Of a DNA stretch of 64,000 bases, positions 17,377 to 27,016 are shown piece after piece. Position numbers and translations under genes: made by a program. The notes beneath the pieces were generated by a model. That model made no database searches and had not been told where the DNA came from. It worked only from the letters and a program-made list of their open reading frames with translations. The stretch lies in sequence record SRR31156797_661, one strand, 5' to 3'. Numbering within the stretch: the stretch's first letter is position 1; the number at the start of each line of letters is the position of its first letter.

Positions 17377-18132
17377 TTAGCCTAAACGTCTGGCAAATTC
17401 ACTGATCAGCATGGCTCCAGCCTGTGCTACGTTCAAGGAATCAAAGTCCCGGCGGAAGGGAATGTGAATAAGTTTTTGACAACGTTTTTCCACATTGAAA
17501 CGGATGCCTTTTTCCTCGTTGCCGAGAACAAGGATGGCCGGGGTGTGGATTTCAGCTGTGTAGGCGGATGAAGAGTCCTCGTCCAATCCTGCGCCGTAAA
17601 TGTTGATGCCCATATCGATGGCTTTGTCGAGAGATTGAGAAATGTTGTTGACCCGTGCCACGGGCAGTTTGTTTAACGCTCCGGCGCTTGCTTTTACTGC
17701 TGCCGGTCCCAGAAATGCCCCGCCGTGCTTGGCGGTTACAATTCCGGCCCCGCCTAATGCGTAGAGAGAGCGAGCCAATACTCCGACATTGCCGGGGTCC
17801 TGCACCTGATCAAGGACAATAAGCAAGGGCAGTGGTGAATCGGCAAGGTTTTCCAGCATGTCATCGTAGTCGGCAAAGGGGAGTGCTGCTACGCGGGCAA
17901 TTACTCCCTGATGGTTGCCGGAAAATACCCGTCCCAGTTCTGCTTTGTCGGCAATTTTGTATTTGATGCCGTACTTTTTGCAACGCTGGATAGTGCGTTC
18001 GAAATTCTTGTCCTGACGCCCTTTTTGCAGGTAAAGCAGGTCGATCTTCTCAGGAGCGTCTAAAAGCAGCTCCTGAACCGGTTTGCGGCCCGCTATGATG
18101 GTGTTCTCGTCTTCTCTGGTCTTTTTTTTCAT
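17377..18132 (-). CDS. TrmH/SpoU family RNA 2'-O-methyltransferase (RlmB-like)
   Basis: NHQG, QDPGNVG, GNEEKG and SLNVA SPOUT motifs. Confidence 0.9.
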   Translation of the reverse strand: MKKKTREDENTIIAGRKPVQELLLDAPEKIDLLYLQKGRQDKNFERTIQRCKKYGIKYKIADKAELGRVFSGNHQGVIARVAALPFADYDDMLENLADSPLPLLIVLDQVQDPGNVGVLARSLYALGGAGIVTAKHGGAFLGPAAVKASAGALNKLPVARVNNISQSLDKAIDMGINIYGAGLDEDSSSAYTAEIHTPAILVLGNEEKGIRFNVEKRCQKLIHIPFRRDFDSLNVAQAGAMLISEFARRLG

Positions 18133-18569
18133 TCAAAATCTACCTTTTATTAAAAATCTAAAAATCTGCACAGGGCGCTGATTTTTTCTTCTTCTGTTTT
18201 TATTTTTTGAAGCTGAAAGTTGCTAACTTTCAGATCACATAATTGGTTAATTAAACTGCTTTGTTATGGTGAATACGATTCTCATTATATTAACACCGAC
18301 TCCGTTCAATACACGGTCATAATGGGCTAAAACCCTTGCGCCTGAACGGTTTGGGCAATCTATACCTTTCGTTTTACTATTGCAAACCCTCGCGGTTTAG
18401 TATAGCTCTACATATGTTTGAACAACTCAAATCTTTGCACTGAAAAGCTTGTTTTTTTAAGCTGTTGAGTTTTTTTTTCAGTGTCTAACCGGGTTAAATT
18501 TATAGTTTTTCTAGATAAATTATGGATAAAATCAATACAATTGACGTCCACAGTGACAAGGAGTCGAAG

Positions 18570-20192
18570 ATGCTGAAATCGTTTCGGTTAATTGCTCTTC
18601 TGGCTTTATTTGCATTTTTTGCCGGGTGTTCTGCCAAGACTGCTTCGGTTAACGAGGCTGCTCTTGATGCGCAGACTGCGGCTGCACTTAAAAGTGAAGC
18701 TTCAGTTGAAACCGAGGTTGCCGATTCCGGTGTTGAGCCTCTTGACCCTGAACTTGAGGCCGCTCCTCAAGAAGCTGAAGAGCTTACTCCTGAAGAAGAG
18801 AAGGTTCTCCAGTCCAGCAATGGCATCTACTTCAACCTCGATGAGCACGATACCAAGGAAGTTCAACAGTACTTCGGTTTTTTTACCCATAAAGCGCGCA
18901 AGACTTTCGATCGTTGGTTGAAACGTTCTGAGCCTTTCCTGCCTTATGTGCGCCAGGTGCTTTCCGAGAACAACCTGCCTCAGGATCTGGCCATGCTGCC
19001 CTTTGCCGAGAGCGGTTACAATGCTTGGGCCTATTCTCGTGTTGGCGCGGCTGGTATGTGGCAGTTTATGCCTTATACGGGCCGATTGTATGGCCTGCGT
19101 GTGGACTGGTGGGTTGATGAGCGCCGTGATCCCTACAAATCCACCAAAGCAGCGGTGAAATATCTTACAGTGCTGCATGAAATGTTCGGTGACTGGTATT
19201 TGGCCCTTGCAGCTTATAATGCTGGTGAAGGAAAAATCGGTCGGGCCTTGAGAAAAACTGGGTCCAAGGATTTCTTCGATCTGACCAAGAATAACCATAA
19301 GCTCAGCAGAAGAGCGAGATTGCGCGCTGAGACTAAGAATTACGTTCCCAAATTCATCGCCATCTCCAAGATTTTCAAAAACCTTGATGAACTAGGTTTT
19401 ACCAATATCGACTGGAACAATGGCATTCAGGTTGAGACTGTTAAAGTTCCCGGTGGAACCGACCTTCTGGCCCTTGCCAAGGCCTGCGGTATGAAATGGA
19501 GTGAGTTCCACAAACTCAACCCTCATTTCCGCAGACAGGTCAGCCCGCCTAATGCAGTTATCAATGCCTACCTGCCCGAAAGGGTTATGGCTAACGCTGC
19601 CGATTACCTTGAATCCCCCAATTCCCGTCCTTTTGCCGGGTACAAGCGCTACAAGATTCGCAAAGGTGATTCTTGGTATCGTATTGCCCGCCGCTACGGT
19701 ATGCCCGTGGCAGTGCTCAAGTCGGTCAATAATCGCAGGTCCAATCTGATTAAGCCCGGTCAGTACATCATGATTCCGGGTAAGGGTGCTTCAAAATCTC
19801 TCTATGCTTCCAAGGCCAGCAAAACCCGTCGTACCGCTCAGAGCAGGGCAAACTACCGGGTCCGCAAGGGGGATACCCTCTGGGATATCGCTAGCCGTTA
19901 CAAGGTTAGTGTACGTACACTCAAACGTGCCAACGGTCTTTATTCGTCCAAACTGAAGATTGGTCAGAAGCTCTACATTCCTGATAACAATGCCAGCCGT
20001 TCCGCACGTTCCGTTGCCAAAGCTGAGAACGTAAAACAGCAGTTGGTCAAATATCGGGTTCGCCGTGGCGATAACCTTTGGAAAATCGCCCGTCGTTTTG
20101 GAGTGAAAGTATCTTCACTCATGGAATGGAACAGCCTGAATTCAAAATCAATTCTTCGTCCCGGTGATAGAATCAAGGTTTACGTTCAGTAG
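18570..20192 (+). CDS. MltD-like lytic transglycosylase lipoprotein with LysM repeats
   Basis: Lipobox FAGC; AES...GMWQF...AAYNAG SLT motifs; three C-terminal LysM repeats; AAGGAG RBS before ATG 18570. Confidence 0.92.
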   Translation: MLKSFRLIALLALFAFFAGCSAKTASVNEAALDAQTAAALKSEASVETEVADSGVEPLDPELEAAPQEAEELTPEEEKVLQSSNGIYFNLDEHDTKEVQQYFGFFTHKARKTFDRWLKRSEPFLPYVRQVLSENNLPQDLAMLPFAESGYNAWAYSRVGAAGMWQFMPYTGRLYGLRVDWWVDERRDPYKSTKAAVKYLTVLHEMFGDWYLALAAYNAGEGKIGRALRKTGSKDFFDLTKNNHKLSRRARLRAETKNYVPKFIAISKIFKNLDELGFTNIDWNNGIQVETVKVPGGTDLLALAKACGMKWSEFHKLNPHFRRQVSPPNAVINAYLPERVMANAADYLESPNSRPFAGYKRYKIRKGDSWYRIARRYGMPVAVLKSVNNRRSNLIKPGQYIMIPGKGASKSLYASKASKTRRTAQSRANYRVRKGDTLWDIASRYKVSVRTLKRANGLYSSKLKIGQKLYIPDNNASRSARSVAKAENVKQQLVKYRVRRGDNLWKIARRFGVKVSSLMEWNSLNSKSILRPGDRIKVYVQ

Positions 20193-20216
20193 ATATAGTT
20201 GACTTAAAGACAAAAT

Positions 20217-20252
20217 AAAGGCGGTTTCCCAAGGGGGGCCGCCTTTTTCTTT
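20217..20252 (+). terminator. Intrinsic terminator
   Basis: aaaggcggtttcc...ggggccgcctttttc. Confidence 0.8.
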
Positions 20253-20341
20253 TGCCCCATTCTTGTTAAGTAGCCTTTCCACGTATTAATCATATTCAGC
20301 TCTAATTTGAGAAAAATCATATAAAATAAGGTATTGCCCCG

Positions 20342-21706
20342 ATGGCTATTCAGAGTACCAACCCCATGACCGGAAAGGTCGAAAAAAGTTTTGATGAATA
20401 CAGCTCTGCTGAAACAACTTCCATTTTATCCTCAGTTGCAGATGCTTTTTCCACTTGGAAATTAAGTTCTTTTGGGCAGCGCGCAGATAGCCTGCGTAAT
20501 TTGGCGGGTCTTCTTCGTGAACGCGCGGACCATTTTGCAGCACTTATGGCTGCTGAAATGGGTAAGCCGCTTAAGTCAGGCAGGGCAGAAATGCTTAAAT
20601 CCGCAACTGTCTGCGATTTCTATGCTGACAACGGTGCTGCCATGCTGGCCAGCGAGCCGAAGACTGTGGATGGCATGCAGTGTTATGTTGACTATGCCCC
20701 CATGGGAACCGTGTTGGCTGTAATGCCGTGGAATTACCCCGTCTGGCAGGTTTTGCGTATAGCTGTGCCCACGCTTATGGCTGGTAACACCATGGTCCTG
20801 AAGCATGCTTCAAACGTGCCTCAGTGTGCATTGGCACTAGATGATATTTTTCGTGAATCCATCTTCCCTGAAAATGTATTCCGGACCCTGCTGATCGGGG
20901 CCGGGCAGGTTGAAGATGTCCTAAAGCATGATTCAGTTGTAGGTGTTTGTCTGACCGGTAGCGAAGGGGCAGGACGTAAAGTTGCAGCAGCAGCCGGGGC
21001 ACAGCTTAAGAAGAGTGTTATGGAGCTGGGCGGAAGTGATGCTTTTGTAGTCCTTGCTGATGCTGATTTGGATAAAGCTGCAGCCATCGGTGCTGAGTCC
21101 CGTTGTTCCAATGCCGGACAGGCTTGCATTGCTGCTAAGCGTTTTATTGTTCACCGTGATATTTACGATGAGTTTATCGGAAAGCTGAAAGAGCGCATGG
21201 AATCAGTGCCTACGGGGGATCCTCTGGATGAGAATACCGTTATGGGGCCCATGGCTTCGCACCAGTTCCGCAATGATCTGCAACTGCAGGTAGATGCTTG
21301 TCTCAAAGTTGGCGGCAAGGTTGTAATTGGTGGTGTTATTCCAGACGGCGAGGGTGCTTTCTACTCTCCAACCATCATCACTGAGGTCCCTTTCGAAAGC
21401 AAAGCAGGGCGTGATGAAATTTTTGGACCCGTGGCACTTGTTTTTCGTGCAGAGAGCGAAGAAGAGGCCATGGAAATGGCCAACGACAGTGCATTTGGCC
21501 TTGGCGGTTCTGTATGGACTCGTGACGAGGAAAAAGGGCTGGCACTTGCCCGTCAGATTGAAGCCGGTTTAGTCTACCTGAATGGTCGGGTCAGCAGTCG
21601 CCCGCCGCTTCCTTTTGGAGGGGTTAAGAATTCAGGTTATGGGCGTGAACTTTCTACATACGGAATCCGTGAGTTCGTGAATGTAAAGTCTGTTTGTATT
21701 GGGTAG
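20342..21706 (+). CDS. NAD(P)-dependent aldehyde dehydrogenase (succinate-semialdehyde dehydrogenase-like)
   Basis: PWNYP, TGS, ELGGSD, GQACIA (catalytic Cys), EIFGPV. Confidence 0.9.
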   Translation: MAIQSTNPMTGKVEKSFDEYSSAETTSILSSVADAFSTWKLSSFGQRADSLRNLAGLLRERADHFAALMAAEMGKPLKSGRAEMLKSATVCDFYADNGAAMLASEPKTVDGMQCYVDYAPMGTVLAVMPWNYPVWQVLRIAVPTLMAGNTMVLKHASNVPQCALALDDIFRESIFPENVFRTLLIGAGQVEDVLKHDSVVGVCLTGSEGAGRKVAAAAGAQLKKSVMELGGSDAFVVLADADLDKAAAIGAESRCSNAGQACIAAKRFIVHRDIYDEFIGKLKERMESVPTGDPLDENTVMGPMASHQFRNDLQLQVDACLKVGGKVVIGGVIPDGEGAFYSPTIITEVPFESKAGRDEIFGPVALVFRAESEEEAMEMANDSAFGLGGSVWTRDEEKGLALARQIEAGLVYLNGRVSSRPPLPFGGVKNSGYGRELSTYGIREFVNVKSVCIG

Positions 21707-21735
21707 CCTTCAGTCTCCTTTTTAGTCAGCAAGTT

Positions 21736-21772
21736 AATGCCTCTCTTGTCTTAAGAGGGGCATTTTTCTTTT
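21736..21772 (+). terminator. Intrinsic terminator
   Basis: aatgcctctctt...aagaggggcatttttc. Confidence 0.8.
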
Positions 21773-21823
21773 GTCCGTCGCGCATCAGCTGTGTTAAACT
21801 TGTATAAGCACAGGAGTAGTGAC

Positions 21824-23059
21824 GTGGATAAGATTAATAAGGCGTGTCAAAGCGAAATCATTACGGTCGTCTCTGAAAAGGGAGTTAGTGTTTTTTTTCA
21901 GCCTGTCGTTTCCCTTAAATTAAAGGGTGTGATCGGTTTTGAAGCCCTTTCCCGTGGTCATGCCAGCGATGGTGGTGGCTATGTTCCCACTTCCTGCCTT
22001 TTTAACAGCAAGCTCCCTCCTCAAGCCAAATTTTCGGTTGAGCGTGTTTGTCTGAGAACTATTCTTGATTCCTATCATTCCATTTATGAGAAGCATTTGA
22101 AAAAAGTACTTTTTATGAATGTTAAGTGCGAATTGTACTGTCTTGATAAGTATATCGATAAGACTCCGCTGGAACTGGTCAAAGATTATGGATTCGACCC
22201 TCATATAATTGTCTTTGAGCTTGATTCCTCTCACTTACGTACGGATATCCCTTGGAAATTTGTTAATTCCTGCAAGGAAAATGGTTATCGGATTTCAGTT
22301 GATAACTGGAATCCAGGGTTGAGTTTTAAGGAACATATGTTCCGCATAAAGCCTGATTTTGTAAAATTAGATCGCCGTTTTTTTGCCGGTATCGATAGTA
22401 ATGACAATGTAAAAAAGGTGGTAGCTTCAGCTGCGATTAATTTTCGCCAGCTCGGGGCGATCCCCATTGCCAAGGGCGTTGAAACAGCGGAGCAGGCTGT
22501 GGCGCTTGCCGAGGCCGGATTTTATATCCAGCAGGGCTTTTTCTATGCCAAAGAACATTATTCCACTGGGTTAGCGGATAAGATGGCTGAGGGACATGAG
22601 CGATTTTCTGAGTTAAAGAAGCATAGTTTCGATGTAGCTCAGAAGAGTTTCCACAATTATTACCTGCTGCTTCAGCGGACCTTGAATAAACTGAAGCAAG
22701 TAGAATTATGGGATATGCACAAGTCTCTTGAGAGAATTGCGAAGTCAAATCCCGATCTTGTTTCGGCCTGCGTTCTAGATTCAACTGGTCAGCAGATAGG
22801 TAAGCTGGTGGTAGGGCAGGCCGGTGAATTGGTTGGCAGAAGAATAGAGTCCTTATTTATGGGAAAAGACCACAGCAAACAAGATTATTTCATGTATTTG
22901 AGTTCAGGCCTTGAAAAATGTTCAGGGCTTTTAAGCGTTCTCCCTCTGGGTGACGGCTGTGTGCGTTATGTGGCTGGTTATTTTCATAAAATAGAATCAC
23001 GCACAGGATTTATTCTGGTCATTGAGTATGTTGACCGGGAGCATGTCGATGAGGAATAG
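21824..23059 (+). CDS. EAL domain protein with degenerate catalytic motifs and a C-terminal sensor-like domain
   Basis: FQPVV, FEALSR, VKLD and QGF present; DDFGxGYS replaced by DNWNPGLS and AEGVE by AKGVE; GTG 21824 follows AGGAG. Confidence 0.8.
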   Translation: MDKINKACQSEIITVVSEKGVSVFFQPVVSLKLKGVIGFEALSRGHASDGGGYVPTSCLFNSKLPPQAKFSVERVCLRTILDSYHSIYEKHLKKVLFMNVKCELYCLDKYIDKTPLELVKDYGFDPHIIVFELDSSHLRTDIPWKFVNSCKENGYRISVDNWNPGLSFKEHMFRIKPDFVKLDRRFFAGIDSNDNVKKVVASAAINFRQLGAIPIAKGVETAEQAVALAEAGFYIQQGFFYAKEHYSTGLADKMAEGHERFSELKKHSFDVAQKSFHNYYLLLQRTLNKLKQVELWDMHKSLERIAKSNPDLVSACVLDSTGQQIGKLVVGQAGELVGRRIESLFMGKDHSKQDYFMYLSSGLEKCSGLLSVLPLGDGCVRYVAGYFHKIESRTGFILVIEYVDREHVDEE

Positions 23060-23116
23060 GTTATTAATTTTGTGCTTCTTAAATTGTGCAGATTCTAAAC
23101 AGTCTCTCTCGTTTTT

Positions 23117-23935
23117 CTACAATTGATCCAGCAGCAATTCCCGTGCTTTTTTTTCATCTAATTTTGTTCCCGTCCATAACCGGAATTGTTCAAGTCCTTG
23201 ATGGATGAACATTTCAATTCCGTGGATGACGGTGCACCCTTTGGCCTTTGCTTCTTTGATGAAAACGGTTTCCATAGGATTGTAGACCAAGTCGAAGACG
23301 ATGCTGTTCGCGTCTTGATTATCCATGATCATAGGGTTGATCTGTTCAAACTTTCCGGACATACCCAGCGATGTTGAGTTCACGATAAGATCAAAGTGTT
23401 GATCTCCACGAGCATCCCAATCAAGAAATGATATCTTGAATTCAGCAGCGAGATCATTCGCTTTGGATTTGGTGCGGTTGGTGATGAATATTTCTTTGAT
23501 ACCCAATGACTGAAGTCCTGTGATTGCAGCGCGAGCGGCACCTCCAGCACCGATCAGAAGGGCTTTACTAACTTGATCAGAATAGGGACGCAGCGGTTCG
23601 GATACTCCTGCGGCGTCTGTGTTGTCGCCCACTATAATATCATCTTTCCAATAGAGTGTATTTATCGCTCCCACAGACTTAGCTCTATCTGTCAGTTGAT
23701 CAATGTAGTCCATTACGGAAAGTTTGTGTGGAATGGTCACACTTGCACCCGAAATTGGTAGATTTCTGAAAGTCTGCATGAAACTTCCAACTTTTTCAGG
23801 CTCAGTGGGCCAAGCCATGTAAACTGCCGGAATTTCGTGCTCCGCAAATCCCCAATTGTGCAGTAAAGGACTCATAGTATGCCCAAGAGGGTGTCCAATT
23901 ATTCCATAAAGCTTTTCAGGCTTGAAAACTTCCAT
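23117..23935 (-). CDS. aroE: Shikimate dehydrogenase
   Basis: SPLLHN, VTIPHK, NTD, GAGGAA, NRT, DLVYNP. Confidence 0.95.
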   Translation of the reverse strand: MEVFKPEKLYGIIGHPLGHTMSPLLHNWGFAEHEIPAVYMAWPTEPEKVGSFMQTFRNLPISGASVTIPHKLSVMDYIDQLTDRAKSVGAINTLYWKDDIIVGDNTDAAGVSEPLRPYSDQVSKALLIGAGGAARAAITGLQSLGIKEIFITNRTKSKANDLAAEFKISFLDWDARGDQHFDLIVNSTSLGMSGKFEQINPMIMDNQDANSIVFDLVYNPMETVFIKEAKAKGCTVIHGIEMFIHQGLEQFRLWTGTKLDEKKARELLLDQL

Positions 23936-24073
23936 ATTTCGCTCCTGAAGACCTTTGTGGTCTTGTGTAAGGTCTGGGTCGTTTTTTTGAAATAAAATGC
24001 TTAAAATTAATGATAAAATTAAAGAAAATTTTAAAGGCGAGTGATTGTGTTCGATTGGTCTAAATTTCTACAT

Positions 24074-24179
24074 GGCGTAGCCCCACTAAAAAAGTTTTGG
24101 GATTCTTAAATCCTTTTTCAAAAAGGTTTAAGCCGCCGGAGGAGAAATCTTTTTATCAAAAAGCGTGGAGCGTATCAAA
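24074..24179 (+). repeat. Dispersed intergenic repeat with internal hairpin (REP/MITE-like)
   Basis: ggcgtagccccactaaaaaagttttgggatt-cttaaatcctttttcaaaaaggtttaag-ccgccggagg; related fragments at 1-29 and 7336-7397. Confidence 0.55.
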
Positions 24180-24183
24180 AAAA

Positions 24184-24219
24184 TAAATGCCCCCTGCGAA
24201 AATTTGCAGGGGGCATTTA
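24184..24219 (-). terminator. Terminator after the oxidoreductase operon
   Basis: taaatgccccctgc...gcagggggcattta. Confidence 0.8.
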
Positions 24220-24231
24220 AATTGTGCGTAC

Positions 24232-24774
24232 TTAGATAGCGTCAGCGCCTGCTTGGAGGGCTTCTGCGTTTTTGGGGATAAGGTGATGGTAGTGAGCGGA
24301 GATCACGTTTTCGAGGGAGTCGATGACTGCCTGCATTTCCATGATTCCGGTTGCCTTGATAAAGGCACCGAGTGCTACCATGTTTGCCAAGCGGGTATTG
24401 CCGAGTTTGTCAGCAATATCGTTGCAGGGCACGAGGTAGGATTTAATACGGTCAGTATCAACCAACTCTTCATCAATGAGAGAGGAGTTGACGATCTGGA
24501 TACCGTCATCCATGAGCATGGGCTGGAATTTATCCAGAGAAGGACGGTTCATGATGATCAGGCTGTGCGGGCTGCGGATGATGGGTGAACCGATTTCGTC
24601 GTCGGAAAGAACGACTGTGCAGTTCGCGGTACCGCCGCGCATTTCAGGGCCGTATACCGGAATGTAGGTTACATTGAGTCCGGCATTCATGCCTGAATAG
24701 GCCAGCAGGTTACCGATGAGCATAACGCCCTGTCCGCCGAATCCGGCAATGATGCTGTCGAGGTATTTGCTCAT
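24232..24774 (-). CDS. 2-oxoacid:ferredoxin oxidoreductase gamma subunit
   Basis: [21 protein letters not shown]. Confidence 0.93.
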   Translation of the reverse strand: MSKYLDSIIAGFGGQGVMLIGNLLAYSGMNAGLNVTYIPVYGPEMRGGTANCTVVLSDDEIGSPIIRSPHSLIIMNRPSLDKFQPMLMDDGIQIVNSSLIDEELVDTDRIKSYLVPCNDIADKLGNTRLANMVALGAFIKATGIMEMQAVIDSLENVISAHYHHLIPKNAEALQAGADAI

Positions 24775-24775
24775 C

Positions 24776-25534
24776 TTAGTCCTCCGCGGTTGCGTCTTTA
24801 TATACACCCAGCGGGAAGTAGGGGATCATTTCAGATTCAACCCTTTCGTTCGCCTGAATGGGAGTCATTCTCCAGTTGGTGGGGCAGGTCGCCAGCAGTT
24901 CGATAAAACCGAAACCGAGACCTTTCTGCTGCACTTCAAAAGCTTTTTTCATAGCTTTTTTGGCCTTGCGGATGTTCTTCACATTGTTCAGGGCCACACG
25001 TGCGGAATATGCGGTGCCTCCAAGCTGGGCGATGATCTCAGCCATGCGGATAGCCTGACCTTCCTTCATAGGGTCGCGTCCATTGGGGGAGGTGGTGGTT
25101 TTCTGGCCTTCCATAGTCGTGGGGGCCATCTGTCCGCCGGTCATACCGTAAACTGTGTTGTTCACGAAGATGATGGAGACTTTTTCACCACGGTTCGCAA
25201 TGTGCATGATTTCAGCCATACCGATGGAAGCGAGGTCGCCGTCACCCTGATATGAGAGTACAAACTTGTCTTTGCGTGCGCGTTTAACACCTGTGGCAAC
25301 TGCCGGAGCGCGGCCGTGAGGTGCTTCCACACTGTCCACTTTCAGGTAGTTGTAGAGGAATACGGAACAGCCGATAGAGGTGACCAGAAGGGTGTCTTCG
25401 GTCAAACCCATTTCGCTGAGCAGTTCACCCGCAAGCCTGTGGGCTACGCCGTGCTGGCAGCCGGGACAGTAGTGAGTGGGAACGTCTACAATAGCGTCAG
25501 CCTTATCAAAGGCGAGAATTTCTTGTTCGCTCAT
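24776..25534 (-). CDS. 2-oxoacid:ferredoxin oxidoreductase beta (TPP-binding) subunit
   Basis: YCPGC, IGCS, GDGD...NN, CPT. Confidence 0.93.
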   Translation of the reverse strand: MSEQEILAFDKADAIVDVPTHYCPGCQHGVAHRLAGELLSEMGLTEDTLLVTSIGCSVFLYNYLKVDSVEAPHGRAPAVATGVKRARKDKFVLSYQGDGDLASIGMAEIMHIANRGEKVSIIFVNNTVYGMTGGQMAPTTMEGQKTTTSPNGRDPMKEGQAIRMAEIIAQLGGTAYSARVALNNVKNIRKAKKAMKKAFEVQQKGLGFGFIELLATCPTNWRMTPIQANERVESEMIPYFPLGVYKDATAED

Positions 25535-25536
25535 AT

Positions 25537-26604
25537 CTATTTCCCTCCAAGGCTTTTGAGGATTGGCTCCTCGAAATCGTCGGGGGTGGGCAGGTTTCCG
25601 GGCATGAAGCCGAAGAAATCACTGTCAGTAATGGTGCGGATGGAAAGACGTACGTCTTCAACCATTTGACCAAGGTTGTGTTCAATGGTCAGGAACTTCT
25701 TACCCTGCTTTGCAAGCTTGTTCAGCTCTTTGGAGGGGAAGGGGTAGAGGGTGATGGGACGGAACAAGCCGACCTTGTGACCCTGTGCGCGCAGTTTGCG
25801 TACTGTGCTCTTAACGATACGGCCGATGGAACCGTAGGCAACTACGATGAGTTCGGCATCTTCGGTCTCGAAAAGTTCCTGCTTGGTGGATTTGGCCATG
25901 TCGTCATACTTGGCCTGCAATGCCTGGTTGTGGCCTGCGAGAGAACCTTCAGTGAGGAACAGGGACTTGATGATGCGATGATCACGGTCCTTGGCACCTT
26001 CAATGCGCCACTCGGTTCCTTCGCTCTCATCTCTTTCCTCGTCAGCCCTTGTGATTACGGGCTCTTTCATCTGGCCGACGATGGCATCACCGAGGATCAT
26101 GACCGGGTTGCGATATTTGAAAGCGAGGTCAAATGCTTCGATGACCAGATCGTAACATTCCTGACAGGTACCGGGGGCGAGGACGAGAGTACGGTAGTCA
26201 CCGTGTCCGCCGCCTTTGGTGGCCTGAAAATAGTCACCCTGACTGGGGCCGATGTCGCCGAGACCCGGTCCGCCACGGTTCATATTGACGATGACCGCGG
26301 GAAGCTGGCTACCTGCGAGGTAGGAGATGGCTTCCTGTTTGAGGGATACACCGGGGCTGGAGGAAGAGGTCATGCAGCGTGAGCCTGCAGCTGCTGCGCC
26401 GATGAGCATGTTTGCTGCTGCAACTTCACTTTCAGCCTGAACGAATTCGCCGCCGACCTTCGGGAGTTCTGCGGACATGTATTCTGGAATGTCGTTCTGG
26501 GGGGTGATGGGGTAGCCGAAATAACATTTAAGCCCGGCTGCAATCGCGCCGCGGGAGATAGCCTCGTTGCCTTTAATGAAAAGCTTATTGCCATTCTTAG
26601 TCAT
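25537..26604 (-). CDS. 2-oxoacid:ferredoxin oxidoreductase alpha subunit (VorB-like)
   Basis: GNEA, GYPITPQ, QAESE, RGGPG. Confidence 0.93.
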   Translation of the reverse strand: MTKNGNKLFIKGNEAISRGAIAAGLKCYFGYPITPQNDIPEYMSAELPKVGGEFVQAESEVAAANMLIGAAAAGSRCMTSSSSPGVSLKQEAISYLAGSQLPAVIVNMNRGGPGLGDIGPSQGDYFQATKGGGHGDYRTLVLAPGTCQECYDLVIEAFDLAFKYRNPVMILGDAIVGQMKEPVITRADEERDESEGTEWRIEGAKDRDHRIIKSLFLTEGSLAGHNQALQAKYDDMAKSTKQELFETEDAELIVVAYGSIGRIVKSTVRKLRAQGHKVGLFRPITLYPFPSKELNKLAKQGKKFLTIEHNLGQMVEDVRLSIRTITDSDFFGFMPGNLPTPDDFEEPILKSLGGK

Positions 26605-26605
26605 A

Positions 26606-26836
26606 CTATTCTCCTTTGGCCTTTTTGGTTCTGTAAACCCGGATAGCAATATCCGGACAGATCAGCGCACAGGAAGTACATCCGGTACACTTTTCCATAT
26701 CCTCAGCCGCGACTTCAGCAACTTTATAACCGTGCTGGTTGAATCGGTCGGATTGCCTTATGATTTCCTTTGGACAGACGGTAGTACAGAGCAGACAGCC
26801 CTTGCACCGTTCATCCAAAAATTCTACTCGTGACAT
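26606..26836 (-). CDS. 2[4Fe-4S] ferredoxin-like delta subunit
   Basis: CKGCLLCTTVCP and CTGCTSCALICP. Confidence 0.93.
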   Translation of the reverse strand: MSRVEFLDERCKGCLLCTTVCPKEIIRQSDRFNQHGYKVAEVAAEDMEKCTGCTSCALICPDIAIRVYRTKKAKGE

Positions 26837-27016
26837 CCTAAACTCCTGTTACCGTGGACAGAAAAGCCCGTTATATCAACGGGCTGGGACCAAAAGAGTC
26901 TTTATTAACTTGTGGGCAGCACATTATGAAAATGTGACTGTTGGAAACAACGTATAATTATTTGCGCTGCGGTGCAAATTTTTCCGTCAAAACTACGTTT
27001 AAACGTTATTTGTACC

